Shown: piece by piece, positions 12,979 through 24,773 of the stretch
Position numbering within the stretch: position 1 is the stretch's first letter
Layout: each line of letters begins with the position of its first letter
Assembly (NCBI GenBank): GCA_965205025.1
Contig: CBDBFU010000012.1
Coordinates: 160,001 to 224,000 of the forward strand
Reading direction: 5' to 3'
Origin: Candidatus Poribacteria bacterium
GTDB lineage: Bacteria; Poribacteria; WGA-4E; WGA-3G
DNA length: 64,000 bases
Notes under the pieces: generated by a model
What the model was told of the DNA's origin: nothing
Seen by the model: only the letters and a program-made list of their open reading frames with translations
Database searches by the model: none
Translations under genes and position numbers: made by a program

Positions 12979-13114
12979 CTTGTCAATAAAATCGGGATTT
13001 CATACCATTCACTCCAGATACTTCATTCTCATCAATTCAATCATAGTCTAACTTAACTGTGTTAGTTTCTTGTTGTTATAGTAGAATTCCTTCGTCATAA
13101 CATAACTTAAATAG

Positions 13115-13144
13115 TTGCAATATTAGGTTGAATTATGTTATAAT
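13115..13144 (+). promoter_or_regulatory. Sigma70-type promoter of xylA
   Basis: TTGCAA-18 bp-TATAAT with extended -10 TG. Confidence 0.55.
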
Positions 13145-13176
13145 TTGGCAAAGAGAATTCATTTAGGAGATAATGC

Positions 13177-14349
13177 ATGTCAGATCAGTATCTGCCCAAA
13201 CCTGAACATAAATTTACTTTCGGGTTATGGACAGTTGGAAACCCCGGCAGAGATCCTTTCGGAGATATAGTCAGACCCACCTTAAAAACCTACCTACAGC
13301 GTTCAAAAGTTAAGTGAATTAGGGGCATACGGCGTTAACTTACACGATAACGACCTTGTTCCATTTGACGCCACTCCTACAGAACGCGACAAGATTGTTA
13401 ATGAATTCAAAAAGGCACTGAGTGACCATGGAATGAAAGTTCCAATTGGCTACTACCAACTTATTTTACCATCCTATTTTCAAAGATGGTGCCTTCACTT
13501 CTAACAATCCTAAGGTAAGAGCATTTGCAATACAGAAAAACGTTAAATGCGATAGATCTTGGGGTTGAACTCGGAGCAACAGTCTATGTGTTTTGGGGTG
13601 GTCGAGAAGGTGCTGAAGTTGATGCTGCTAAAGATGGTCCCGATACTGTTAAATGGAACCGTGAGGCGATGAACTATTTTACCCATTATGTGAAAGACCA
13701 AGGGTATGATCTGAAGTTCGCATTAGAAGCAAAACCTAACGAACCTCGTGGGGATATATATTTACCTACAACTGGTCATATGCTTCATTTCATTGAAACT
13801 CTTGATCATCCAGAAATGGTAGGTGTTAACCCCGAATTTGCACATGAAACAATGGCAGGTTTGAGTTTTTTACATGGGGTGGCACAAGCCTATGAATCAG
13901 GGAAACTCTTCCACATTGACCTAAATGATCAGAAAATGAGTCGTTTCGACCAAGATCTTCGGTTCGGTTCAGAAAATATAAAAGCTGCATTCTTTCTCGT
14001 AAAATTCCTTGAGGATGTCAACTGGGATGGAAATAGACATTTCGATGCACATGCCTACCGTACAGAAGATGAACAGGGGGTATGGGACTTCGCTGCGGGT
14101 TGTATGCGGAGTTATCTGATTTTAAAAGAAAAAGCACAACGTTTTAATGAAGACACTGAAATCCAAGGGATAATCTCTGATCTACGTTCACGTGATCCTG
14201 AATTGGAATCTCTTATGGCAAACTATAGTGCTGAGAATGCTGCCAAACTCAGAAACATTGACTTCCAACCAGATAGCATTGCTCAAATAGGTCTTGGCTA
14301 CGAAAAGTTAGATCAACTTACCTTTGAGGTATTAACTGGGGTCAGGTAA
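13177..14349 (+). CDS. xylA: Xylose isomerase (short, Streptomyces/Thermus type), 2 or more apparent frameshifts
   Basis: [60 protein letters not shown]. Confidence 0.93.
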
Positions 14350-14397
14350 CTCTGTAATAGGTATCCACTATACGAAACTATAGTTGGAGTATCGCCT

Positions 14398-16305
14398 ATG
14401 AGTACACTTTTTATTGCTGTATTAAGTTTTTTCGGCTTTATTGTCGCCTATCATACCTATGGAAAGTGGCTTGCCAGAAAAATATTCGGTTTAGATCCTC
14501 AAGCAAAAGTTCCCAGCCAAGAATTAAAGGATGATGTAGATTATGTTCCTACAAAAAAGGAAATCATTTTCGGACATCATTTCACCAGTATTGCGGGAAC
14601 AGGTCCAATAGTTGGTCCGGCAATTGCTGTCTTTTGGGGATGGTTACCCGCACTCCTTTGGGTTGTAATTGGATCGGTATTTATTGGTGCTGTTCATGAT
14701 TTTGGTGCGCTCGTTGTTTCCCTCCGCAATCGAGGACAAAGTGTCGGTGAAGTAGCCGGCAGAATGATCGGTCCTCGTGCCAAGTTTCTATTTCCTCATC
14801 GTACTATTTATGGGTTTGACCATTGTTCTCGCTATCTTCGGGTTGGTCATTGCCCTCATTTTTTCATATTACCCTGAATCTGTTCTTTCTGTCTGGGTTG
14901 AGATTCCACTCGCTGTCATCATAGGGGTTTGGATCTATCGTAGGGGTGGGAAACATCCTTATTCCATCTATCATTGCTCTCGGTATAATGTATATTGCAA
15001 TGGCAGTTGGAGCATACATTCTTCCAGTTGACCTTGGTAATTGGTTCGGTATACCTCTACTCAGTCAATCTTACGTAAATGTTGTGGTGATATGGACTTT
15101 AGTACTATTTGTATATTGCTTTATTGCATCAGTATTACCTGTTTGGACACTCCTACAACCCCGAGATTTCATTAACAGTCATGAATTAGTCTTAGCATTA
15201 GTACTACTTGTACTCGGATTAGCAGTTGCAGGTTTGACAGGTAAAGCAGATTTATTCTCATCCGCACCTGCTGTAGCTTCAGACATACCTCCAGACGCCC
15301 CACCAATTTGGCCATTCCTTTTCATAACAATTGCCTGTGGTGCAGTCAGTGGATTCCACTGTATGGTTAGTTCCGGCACTTCAAGTAAACAGATTGCCTC
15401 CGAAGGAGATGCACAGTACGTGGGATACGGTGCAATGCTACTTGAGGGTGGTCTTGCAGTCGTGGTTATAATTGCTTGTTGTGCGGGTATCGGTATGGGA
15501 GTATTTAACCGTACTCCGGATCCAAATAGTGCTGCAGGATATACATTCCAACCCATCCTTAAGGAAGGGAGTACACAAGCCGTTATCCAACAAGATGCTT
15601 GGAGAACGCGGTACGCTACTACTTCTACTATTACAAAACAGGACGGAACAACAGAAGTTGTTGGTGGATGGGAAAGCCATAAACTTAGAGAGAAGGTGAG
15701 TGCATTTGTTGATGGGGGTGGGGAATTTTCTGGCATCTCTTGGGATACCTCTAAAAATGGGTATCGCAATTATGGCAGTACTTGTAGCGAGTTTCGCTGC
15801 AACAACACTTGATACCGCAACACGATTGCAACGGTATGTTATTCACGAACTGGCTCAAACTGCAAACATAAAACCATTGACAAACCGTTATATTGCCACT
15901 GGATTCGCATTACTTTTTGCTGCTGCTGTGGCATTACTTCAAGGACCGAGTGGTCCCGGGAGTGGTGGATTGACACTTTGGCCGTTATTCGGGGCAACGA
16001 ATCAGTTATTGGCAGGATTAGCATTTATGGTTATTGTCTTTTATCTGATTCGACGGAATAAACCCTTATGGTTTGCCTTCCTACCGATGGTAGTAATGCT
16101 CCTTATGCCTGCTTGGGCAATGTTATACCAAATGTTTGTCCCAGAGACCGGATGGTTAGCAAAAGGAAATTATATATTATTTGGGTTCGGTATTATAGTG
16201 GAATCATTACAAGTGTGGATGGTTATTGAGGGTATCCTCGCATGGCGTAATGCAAGAGGAAATTACCCTGAATTACCTCAGTTACAAGCGGTAATTTCAA
16301 AGTAG
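14398..16305 (+). CDS. cstA: Carbon starvation protein A family transporter, 3 apparent frameshifts
   Basis: FGHHFTSIAGTGPIVGP, GAVHDF, LLQPRD, FITIACGAVSGFH, TTLDTATRL, WPLFGATNQLLA. Confidence 0.9.
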
Positions 16306-16439
16306 TATATAGAATCTCAGTTCCACTGCATAAAGTCGATATCCTTCCTATTCTTCTTCAATCCAACATACGTTATAGAGCACCCCTATATTCTTCATTT
16401 GAACCACACAGTTATATTCCTATATTACTGGTAGCTGTG

Positions 16440-17715
16440 TCATTCGGTGTGTAAAGCTTCAATAGGAGATAATAATGAGGCTTTTATTGCAGGGTACAAT
16501 CCAAAGACGACACCTATTGTAGATGAGAATAGAATGGATATTAATATCCATTCTATTGAAATAGTTGCTGGCCAGTAGGGAACAATCTTGACAATCCTAA
16601 CCGCAAGGTATGCTGCACCTTTACTAAATAGTAAACTCAAGAAAATTCCAAGAATTCCACCACTCATACACATCATAACTGCTTCTATTAGAAACTGCAT
16701 GAGTATATCTGTATGTTTGGCACCAACAGCCTTCCTTAATCCAATCTCACGAGTTCGTTCCGTAACAGAAACTAACATTATATTCATTATACCAATACCA
16801 CCAACAAGTAGGGAAAAACCGGCAATACTACCCAATGTAATTTTTAAAACTGTGCTAATCTTATCAAGTTGCCTCATCCCTGATTTCATATCCCAAAATT
16901 ACAAAAAAGTCATCTTTGTTCCGATGTCGTTTTCTAATTGATGTTTTTACCTCCTCCATTGCGGATGGTATATCTGAAACATCTTTTGTCTGTATGGACA
17001 ACATCTGAATCTTATCTGTCCCCGTGAATCTCATCTGAGTCGTTGTTATTGGGATGAAGATCTGTGCATCTAAACTAAATCCAAATCTAAGATATCTTTT
17101 ACGAGGCACCATTGATCCAATAACTGTTAGCCGTTCCTTCTTACGGTTATTACCTGCCCCTCTGGCAATCTTTATCTCCCTACCAATAGGAGATGTGCTG
17201 CCAAATAGATCCGAGGCAATCTCTGCACCAAGCACACAAACTCTCGCTGCATTTTCAATATCCTCCTCCGATAAAAACCGTCCTTCTTGAATATCCCAGT
17301 CCATTGCTTCTGAGTAAGTAGAATTCACACCATTATAACTTGTACGTACTTCTGCACCCCCAGAAACCTGTACAAGCACATTACCCCAGGCAGGAATCCG
17401 TGGAACTGTTAGTGTCACTGAAGGACATTCCGCCTCAATTGCCAATACATCCTCATACTTGAAATACTCATTGGTACGGTTTGTAACCCAAACATCACCT
17501 ACTTTCTTGATGTTAATACAATACATGGTGAATTGGTTTACACCCCCTTGTTTACGCGCTTCTTCAAGTACTATAGTCTTTGCTCCATTCCCAATCGCGA
17601 CCATAGCTAACACAGATGCCACACCAATGATAATACCCATTATTGTTAATAAGGAACGTAATTTGTTTGCAATGATTAATGAGAATGCAATAGAGATACA
17701 ATTAATAATCCGCAT
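16440..17715 (-). CDS. MacB/FtsX-type ABC transporter permease, 1 frameshift near 16890
   Basis: NKLRSLLTIMGIIIGV, LLVGGIGIMNIMLVSVTERTREIGLRKAVGA, FGLYPA-PIEAL. Confidence 0.9.
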
Positions 17716-17749
17716 GCTGAATTGTCATTATAGATTAAGATAACAGAAA

Positions 17750-20518
17750 TTATGATTCAGTGCGTTTGATGCGAAGCACGCCACTCCTTGCTGTTCCAAC
17801 GGAAAAAGCATCCCCCTCAACAACCAAGCAGGTTATAGTATCTGGAATTTCAGGTACAATCTGTTCCCATATACCAATCTCCTTCTGAAAATGAAAAATC
17901 CCTTTCTCATTCGCACCATACACTGTATCCTCTGTTGTATCTAAAGACTCAATTATTAAATTGGTACCGTCTTTATTAGTGAGTGCATGCCAAACAATAC
18001 CATCATCTGAATTAAAAACCCCTTTATCAGTAGCAACATAAACGGTTGACCCATTAAAAACAATCTGTTTATAGTGTAAACCCGATTGTGGTAAATTGTC
18101 TGTAATGTTGTTCCAACTATCACCACCATCAAGTGATTGTAGAAGATGTCCATCCCGTTTACCGACATATACAGTCTTACCTGATGTGCCAAGTTTGAAA
18201 CCCTGTGCCATGTTTTCTCTTGAGAGTTGGCATGTTTCTTCTACTTTTGTATCAAACCATTCTTCATCACCAGGTTTCCATCTGAAGAGTTTGTAATTGA
18301 ATTCCATGTAGTACGTTTCACCAGAAACAGCAAAGCCACCGTATAATCCTTCAAGTATCAATTCGTATGAAAGTTGATGATCTCCCTGAATTTGCTCCAA
18401 CTTTTTTAAGAAGCACTCAGCACCATATTCTGGATTCTCTTCTATCACCTTTGATGTTAAGGGTTTATGGTCAGTTTCAGGAGTTGAAGTGAAGGTGAGT
18501 AGAATGCCTTGGCCCGACAATCGATGACTATTGAATGGAAATGTTGCTTGACCAAAAACGTACCACATCAACTTAGACGAACTTAGAGCAGGCATCTCTT
18601 CAATAGGCACTAAAGCATCTTTCTCAGGAATTAAACGATAATATATGGTCTCACAATTTCGTCTTATTCCTTTAGCATACAAAACACCATCAACTGCTGA
18701 AATTTGTACAATCTGTGGCGTATCATCTGCATATTTCAATAAGAAACGTTGGGGGATTTCAATAGTATACTTATCCAATTCAATCTCAACAGTAGTCCAT
18801 GAACTACCACCATCTATTGATTTAACAACACTTCCCGCAACTATGGCATATAGTGAATCTGGAATTTGTGAATCTGCGTTGGGTTTAAAACTGACTAAGT
18901 TATCGACTCTACATTCAATTCTTGAATTGAATCTGTGCCAAGTTTTTCCTCCATCTAATGAACGGTGAATACCTGTTATACCACCTGTATAGAACGTGTT
19001 TTCATCTATTGCTACAGCAGAATTCACACTAAACTTCTTAGGTGTTATACCTGAAGATTTAACAGAATTCCAAGTGTTGCCATAGTCGACTGAACGAGCC
19101 ACCATACCTTCATCCCCGCAAACCAACAAGAGTGTTTTTCCATAGGTAAGCAGTTTTATATTAGGTAATGATCTCATAAAATTCGTAGTATCAGACGGTG
19201 TTATATCTTCCCATGAATCACCATTATCTGATGACCGCAAGACCCACCAAGAATCTTTAGTAAAATCATGATATTCTTCACTGTTGCTCCCCATTATTCC
19301 ATCTGTACCAAAAATATCTACTGAAACTGCAACATAGATATGGTTATCGGACACCTCCAAAGAACATACATGAACAGGAACATCTATGGGTAACAAGATC
19401 TGTTCCCATGTTCCTTCTATACAACGATAGATGTTAGAATAGGATGTTGCAAACAGAGTATCTTGACATATTCGGAACAATCTGATTTCAGAATTATCTG
19501 TCAAGTGTTTTTCTAAGCCTTTATTGAGATTTACCCACGAAGACCCACTGTCAACAGATTGAAAAACACCTTGATTGAGTGAAAGATAAAATGTATTCTC
19601 AGCGATTAACAACTCTCTTGCCAATCCATCTGGACAAGGACCGACAGAATCCCAAGTCTTACCTTGATCGGTAGATGCGAATAATTCATCAGATGGAATA
19701 ATATATAGAGTTCCGTTGTGTTCGGCAATAGGTATATCCCCGTGTGTCTCTTGTAGTAAATCTGTGTTAACAAGCTGCCACTCATTTTCAGTTGATGGTA
19801 ATTTATAAATATCCTTATACCCCATAACAGCATAAAGTGTTCTATCTGATGTGATAGCTAACGTACCTACTGAAGCTGCTACTCCCGGTTCATTCATCTG
19901 TATCCACTGCATAATATTCTCCGTAAGATTGTCGGGATGTTCAAAACCACCCAATGTTTTCCGTACCATCTCTTCCTCCTTTTTTAATCGCTTTCTCGCA
20001 CGGTGTAGTCTACTTTTGATCGTATTCAACGGCACCTCTAAAAAATCACTAATATCTTCACAACGCATTTCACCAAGATAGTGAAGCGTTATCACAGTCT
20101 GTTCATTTGCAGGTAATTTGTTAAGAAGGTGTTTCACAACCTTATGCCGTTTTTCTGTTGCCTTAACTTCCCTCTGTTCATCAAGATACCGTTTATAGTA
20201 CAATCTTTCTATTTCCCCTTCAGGTATAGTTTCAATAGATGTAATCGGAGGGTGTGTTTTTCTATAATAGGCATAACAACAATTCTCAACAATGGTTTGT
20301 AACCATGCAGCAAATCGGTTCGGTTCTCTAAGTGTATCAAGTTTTTTATATGCCTGAAGAAAAGTATCCTGTGTTATTTCCTCTGCGAGATGGAAATCCC
20401 CCATCATCCGCCAGGCAAAGGCATGAATCTGCTTTTGGTATCTTCTCACTAAATTCGTAAATGCCTCTTGGTTACCACTTAGAATTTCTTGAATGAGTTT
20501 AGCATCGTTATTTTTCAT
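17750..20518 (-). CDS. ECF sigma factor fused to BNR/Asp-box (YCF48/Vps10-like) beta-propellers
   Basis: AEEITQDTF, FAAWL, TIKSRLHRARKRL; many SxDxGxTW Asp-boxes; no obvious TM helix. Confidence 0.9.
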   Translation of the reverse strand: MKNNDAKLIQEILSGNQEAFTNLVRRYQKQIHAFAWRMMGDFHLAEEITQDTFLQAYKKLDTLREPNRFAAWLQTIVENCCYAYYRKTHPPITSIETIPEGEIERLYYKRYLDEQREVKATEKRHKVVKHLLNKLPANEQTVITLHYLGEMRCEDISDFLEVPLNTIKSRLHRARKRLKKEEEMVRKTLGGFEHPDNLTENIMQWIQMNEPGVAASVGTLAITSDRTLYAVMGYKDIYKLPSTENEWQLVNTDLLQETHGDIPIAEHNGTLYIIPSDELFASTDQGKTWDSVGPCPDGLARELLIAENTFYLSLNQGVFQSVDSGSSWVNLNKGLEKHLTDNSEIRLFRICQDTLFATSYSNIYRCIEGTWEQILLPIDVPVHVCSLEVSDNHIYVAVSVDIFGTDGIMGSNSEEYHDFTKDSWWVLRSSDNGDSWEDITPSDTTNFMRSLPNIKLLTYGKTLLLVCGDEGMVARSVDYGNTWNSVKSSGITPKKFSVNSAVAIDENTFYTGGITGIHRSLDGGKTWHRFNSRIECRVDNLVSFKPNADSQIPDSLYAIVAGSVVKSIDGGSSWTTVEIELDKYTIEIPQRFLLKYADDTPQIVQISAVDGVLYAKGIRRNCETIYYRLIPEKDALVPIEEMPALSSSKLMWYVFGQATFPFNSHRLSGQGILLTFTSTPETDHKPLTSKVIEENPEYGAECFLKKLEQIQGDHQLSYELILEGLYGGFAVSGETYYMEFNYKLFRWKPGDEEWFDTKVEETCQLSRENMAQGFKLGTSGKTVYVGKRDGHLLQSLDGGDSWNNITDNLPQSGLHYKQIVFNGSTVYVATDKGVFNSDDGIVWHALTNKDGTNLIIESLDTTEDTVYGANEKGIFHFQKEIGIWEQIVPEIPDTITCLVVEGDAFSVGTARSGVLRIKRTES

Positions 20519-20553
20519 ATTTATCTCCTACACGGAATCCTCTTATGATATAC

Positions 20554-20585
20554 AGATACATTTAAATATGAAATGGTTGCATAAA
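20554..20585 (-). promoter_or_regulatory. Putative ECF-type promoter (GCAACC...GTATCT)
   Basis: TTTATGCAACCATT-12 nt-GTATCT upstream of the ECF gene; the 14-mer is identical to 35124-35137. Confidence 0.55.
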
Positions 20586-20649
20586 ATGCAATTATTGAAA
20601 GGAGAATGGCTTTTTTAATAGGAAGGTAGATAATAGAAGATTATACTAA

Positions 20650-20762
20650 TACCATTTTTGATGATTGAAGGCTCTTTTTATGTAGCATAAACTTCCAGTT
20701 TGTGCAGTATTTCAAAGCATGAATATCAACCATTCATGGGATAGACATTTATGGAAATGGTC
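20650..20762. mobile_element. MITE family A carrying REP GTAGCATAAACTTCCAGTTTGTGC (uninterrupted form)
   Basis: TACCATTT...AAATGGT termini; colinear with the outer parts of 53425-53667. Confidence 0.75.
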
Positions 20763-20851
20763 TAATAAGGAAAGATTAAATGTTGATCAGATACAATCTT
20801 GGAATTACGTATTGGTATTATGTGTTTTTTATTCTGCTTCGAAAATTGATT

Positions 20852-21514
20852 CTATCCAAGATTGATATTGCTATTTAAGATTTCTTTTGCTCTTATATAA
20901 TCTTCAGGGGTATTGATATTAACAAATGAAAGACCTTCAGGGTCATAAGGCTGCCATTCTTTAGGTGAAAGGTTCAGACTATTGATCCGTTCTCTGAGTG
21001 CATGAACTCTATAATCGGATTCATCAAACATCTCTTCAATAAACGGCAAACATCGCTTAGAATAGACCGCACATAGTGTTTGGTAGGTTATACCTGTATC
21101 CTTTTTCTGATTTTTCTTCTCAGGGTTAGGAATTTTCGTAGTATAAGGGATTACAGCATCATATTCTCCTAAAACTGATATTAGGTATTTTAATAGATCC
21201 GAATTGAGGAACGGACTATCACAACCAACACATAGAACGGTATCATTGGAAGCATAAGTTAACCCTGTGTGTATGCCTCCTAAGGCACCTGTATTTGGCA
21301 CAATATCGCTAAACATTTTTAGTTTTAAATGTGCATATTCAGCAGGATTGTTTGTTATTAATAAAAGCTCATCTGCTATAGGTTGTAGACAACCAATTAT
21401 ATGACCTATAAGGGTATTGTTTCCGAGTTGAAGTAACGCCTTATTCTCCCCCATCCTTTTGCTTTTTCCGCCTGCTAGAATTACAGCTGTTACCATCTGG
21501 TTATTCTTGTTCAT
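20852..21514 (-). CDS. mobA: Molybdenum cofactor guanylyltransferase
   Basis: ILAGGKSKRMGENKA, GALGGI, CDSPF, FVNINTPED. Confidence 0.92.
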   Translation of the reverse strand: MNKNNQMVTAVILAGGKSKRMGENKALLQLGNNTLIGHIIGCLQPIADELLLITNNPAEYAHLKLKMFSDIVPNTGALGGIHTGLTYASNDTVLCVGCDSPFLNSDLLKYLISVLGEYDAVIPYTTKIPNPEKKNQKKDTGITYQTLCAVYSKRCLPFIEEMFDESDYRVHALRERINSLNLSPKEWQPYDPEGLSFVNINTPEDYIRAKEILNSNINLG

Positions 21515-21584
21515 AGGAAAGGTTAAACAAACGTGAGTTTAATAAAACAGATATTAATGCTCGGTGCGGTTAGGAAACCGCACT

Positions 21585-23037
21585 ATAGGCGTCAATTTTA
21601 GAAAAAGGATGTCTGATTTTTCAATAATAATTATTGTTAAGTGAAAACATCTCCTATATAATGTATAAAAATATTACCTTTTACTTTATACAAGAGGTGT
21701 TTCCAATGAATACATTATCACAGGTTCCTGAAAAAATGCAACAGATTCTAACAACCATTGCTGATGAAGCAGCCCTTGAAACAGGATTTTGCAAAAGAAA
21801 TCGAAAACTTGCGGGGAGTCATTTTGCTCAGACACTTATTTATAGTTGGTTAGAAAATCCTGATGCCACCTATACTCAACTTACACATACTGCTGCTTCT
21901 CTCGGTACTCCAATCTCACGACAAGCGATTGAACAACGATTTACTGCTGAAGCTGCACAAACCCTCAAAGCAATCCTTGACGCGGCTGCGTCCGAAGTGA
22001 TTTCTGCGGATCCACAAGTTCTCCCACTCCTTGAACAGTTCAACGGTATCTATATACAAGATAGTTCTTGGATAACACTCCCTGATACGCTTCACGATAT
22101 TTGGGAAGGTGCCAGTAAAAAGGATTATCCGAACAAATCCGAACTGAAACTCCATCTACGCTTCGATGTTGCTACAGGGACATTCGAACACTTTCAACTC
22201 ACCAACGGCATCACCGCTGATAGCACTGTAGAAAAACAGATTGACCGGCTCCCCCAAGGGAGTTTACGCCTTGCGGATCTCGGTTATTTTTCGCTACAAA
22301 CCCTTCAAGAACTTACGGACGAAGGGGTCTTTTGGATTTCACGGTATAAAGTTAGGTGTTCGGTTTTTGACAATACAGGAAAGCCTCTTTGTTTACATAA
22401 ATGGCTCAAGTTTCAGACCGAAAACATTATCGAAACAGATATTTTCATAGGTTCAAAAAAGCGGATGAAAGTAAGATTAGTAGCTCAGAGACTCTCCGAA
22501 GAAGAAACCGAAAAACGACGACGAGATATCAACTATCGTGCTAAACGAAAGCATACACAAGCATCACAGGCACGACTCCAACTCGCAGGTTGGAATATCT
22601 ACATTACAAATATTGGAACGGATCAACTCACCGCTGAACAGATATGTGTCATTGCGCGGATTCGATGGCAGATCGAGTTGATATTTAAGTGCTTTAAAAG
22701 CCTTGGAAAAGTAGACACATCACGAAGTAAAAAACCGTATCGTATTCTATGTGAAATATATGCTAAACTGATCGCTGCAATCATTCGGCATTGGGTGATG
22801 TTGGTCATAGGATGGCGATGTTTACGGCATAGTTTATCGAAAACAGTAGAGCTTATTACGTCCTACACACGCACAATCACAATAAGCTTTCGCAAGTCAA
22901 AGAGACATCTTAGAGAGACATTTGATGAGATAAAACAAGTATTCGAAAACGGGTGCTACATTGAAAGAAGAGCTAATAGAAAAACAACATTGGAATATCT
23001 TGAAAATGCTACAAAAAACCGCTAAATTGACGCCTAT
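21585..23037 (+). mobile_element. IS4-family insertion sequence flanked by a duplicated REP hairpin
   Basis: 14-bp perfect TIRs ATAGGCGTCAATTT/AAATTGACGCCTAT; GGTGCGGTTAGGAAACCGCAC at 21563-21583 and 23038-23058. Confidence 0.9.
21706..23025 (+). CDS. IS4-family DDE transposase
   Basis: IQDSS, LADLGYF, RIRWQIELIFK (YREK-like; the usual Y is replaced). Confidence 0.9.
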   Translation: MNTLSQVPEKMQQILTTIADEAALETGFCKRNRKLAGSHFAQTLIYSWLENPDATYTQLTHTAASLGTPISRQAIEQRFTAEAAQTLKAILDAAASEVISADPQVLPLLEQFNGIYIQDSSWITLPDTLHDIWEGASKKDYPNKSELKLHLRFDVATGTFEHFQLTNGITADSTVEKQIDRLPQGSLRLADLGYFSLQTLQELTDEGVFWISRYKVRCSVFDNTGKPLCLHKWLKFQTENIIETDIFIGSKKRMKVRLVAQRLSEEETEKRRRDINYRAKRKHTQASQARLQLAGWNIYITNIGTDQLTAEQICVIARIRWQIELIFKCFKSLGKVDTSRSKKPYRILCEIYAKLIAAIIRHWVMLVIGWRCLRHSLSKTVELITSYTRTITISFRKSKRHLRETFDEIKQVFENGCYIERRANRKTTLEYLENATKNR

Positions 23038-23134
23038 GGTGCGGTTAGGAAACCGCACCTACCGGGTCTATAGGAGTGATAATTTTGGATAAATGAAGAT
23101 TATTGCCTATTATCAAACTCACCTTAAACAGAGA

Positions 23135-24523
23135 CTATTGAGTATTTTTATTTACAAGGTTCGGTCCAAATCGACTTTCCATCCGGGTTCGTAAATCTCT
23201 AACTAAATGTTGTTCTGTATCAGCGATATTGTTCAATTCGTCTGGATCTTCATCAAGATTGTACAATTCAATGAACCCATCACTGTCTTCAATTAATTTA
23301 TAGGTATCCGTCCGAATACAACTGAATTTACGAAGTTTACCTACAGTTTCGCTACGGTGGTTTTCACTTTCACCACGGAGGACTGGGGCAATTGAGAGAC
23401 CGTCGATATTTTCCAAAACAGGCACGTCCGCGAAGTCACAGATTGTCGGGTTTAGATCAATTAGTTCAACTAAATCATCTGAAATCCCATTCCCTTCTAT
23501 TCCAGGTCCCGCTACGATTAATGGTACACGGAGAGATGCTTCATACGCTACACTCTTTGTATATAAACCGTGGTCACCAAGCATTTCACCATGATCACTT
23601 GAATAAATTATGTATGTGTTATCAAGGATGCCACGTTCTTCAAGTGCATTTAGCATCATACCTATCTGATCATCAATTAGTTCCGTTGCTGCACAATACT
23701 GACGTCGCGTAATAGCAATCTCTTCAGGCGTTAAATTGACAGTGCGTTTTCGCACCCATTCAGGTTTACCATTCATATCATCAATTATAGGATCCGGCAT
23801 ATCGGCGTCACGATACTTGTCTCCGTATTCTGTTGGGGGATCAAACGGGTCATGTGGACCGACGAAACTTACAAATAAGTGCCACGGAAAATCATCAGGT
23901 ATATTTTCAATAAAATCTGTCGCCCTTCTACCGATATAGGTATCCTCAAAATCTTCTGTTGAGAGGACAGAATCATAAGACCCTCCCTTAATCCATCCAT
24001 TCTTTGAACGATTTCGATAATCACGATAGAATGTTTCTAATAGACCTTTCTCCTCAAGATAGTGTGTATAGGGACCAATAGGTGTTGCTGATTTGCCAGC
24101 ATGCATTTTGCCTTCACACTCCTCTGGGTGTGTGAATCCCCAACTGTAGGTACGCGGACGATCGCCAAAACGACCATTGTAACCATCCGGTTTTGCAAGA
24201 TCCAATTTACCTACACAACCGACACGGTAGCCGTTGTCACGGAGTTGTTGATAATAGGTCGGTACGGTAGACGGAAGAAAACTGCCATTGTCAAGTGATC
24301 CTAACCGTGAAGGCTGTATCCCGGATGCCAATCCTATTCGTGATGGTGCACATACTGGAGCATTCGTCGTACAATTTGGAAAAGTTACCCCCATCTCAGT
24401 TAATCTACGTAGATTTGGGGTGTTAAGAGCTTCAGGGGCATTTTCATGTGTTTCTACATAGTCGTATCTATGTTGGTCAGACATTATAAAAAGTACGTTA
24501 GGTCTATCTGTTTTTCTACTCAT
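23135..24523 (-). CDS. Formylglycine-dependent sulfatase (choline-sulfatase-like)
   Basis: PNVLFIMSDQHR, CAPSR, PHDPFD, SDHGEMLGDH. Confidence 0.92.
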   Translation of the reverse strand: MSRKTDRPNVLFIMSDQHRYDYVETHENAPEALNTPNLRRLTEMGVTFPNCTTNAPVCAPSRIGLASGIQPSRLGSLDNGSFLPSTVPTYYQQLRDNGYRVGCVGKLDLAKPDGYNGRFGDRPRTYSWGFTHPEECEGKMHAGKSATPIGPYTHYLEEKGLLETFYRDYRNRSKNGWIKGGSYDSVLSTEDFEDTYIGRRATDFIENIPDDFPWHLFVSFVGPHDPFDPPTEYGDKYRDADMPDPIIDDMNGKPEWVRKRTVNLTPEEIAITRRQYCAATELIDDQIGMMLNALEERGILDNTYIIYSSDHGEMLGDHGLYTKSVAYEASLRVPLIVAGPGIEGNGISDDLVELIDLNPTICDFADVPVLENIDGLSIAPVLRGESENHRSETVGKLRKFSCIRTDTYKLIEDSDGFIELYNLDEDPDELNNIADTEQHLVRDLRTRMESRFGPNLVNKNTQ

Positions 24524-24695
24524 ATATAATTACTCCAGTATGATTTTCATCATTGGTATAGTTTATTAAGTTTAGGATTGTAGTATTGAATATTATACAT
24601 GACATATATCTATGCTTCAAACATTATCGTCATGCGTGTGTAAAGTTTTTGGCACTAAACCTTACGCTGCTTATTTTCGCATCTCACACCTCTTC

Positions 24696-24739
24696 TGTAG
24701 GAGCGACCTCCTGGTCGCGACCGGGAGGTCGCTCCTACA
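24696..24739. repeat. 44-bp GTAG-type REP palindrome
   Basis: TGTAGGAGCGACCTCCTGGTCGCGACCGGGAGGTCGCTCCTACA, one G-T mismatch. Confidence 0.85.
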
Positions 24740-24773
24740 AGTAAAGTGTCAAATTAAATCTAAAATTTACTAT

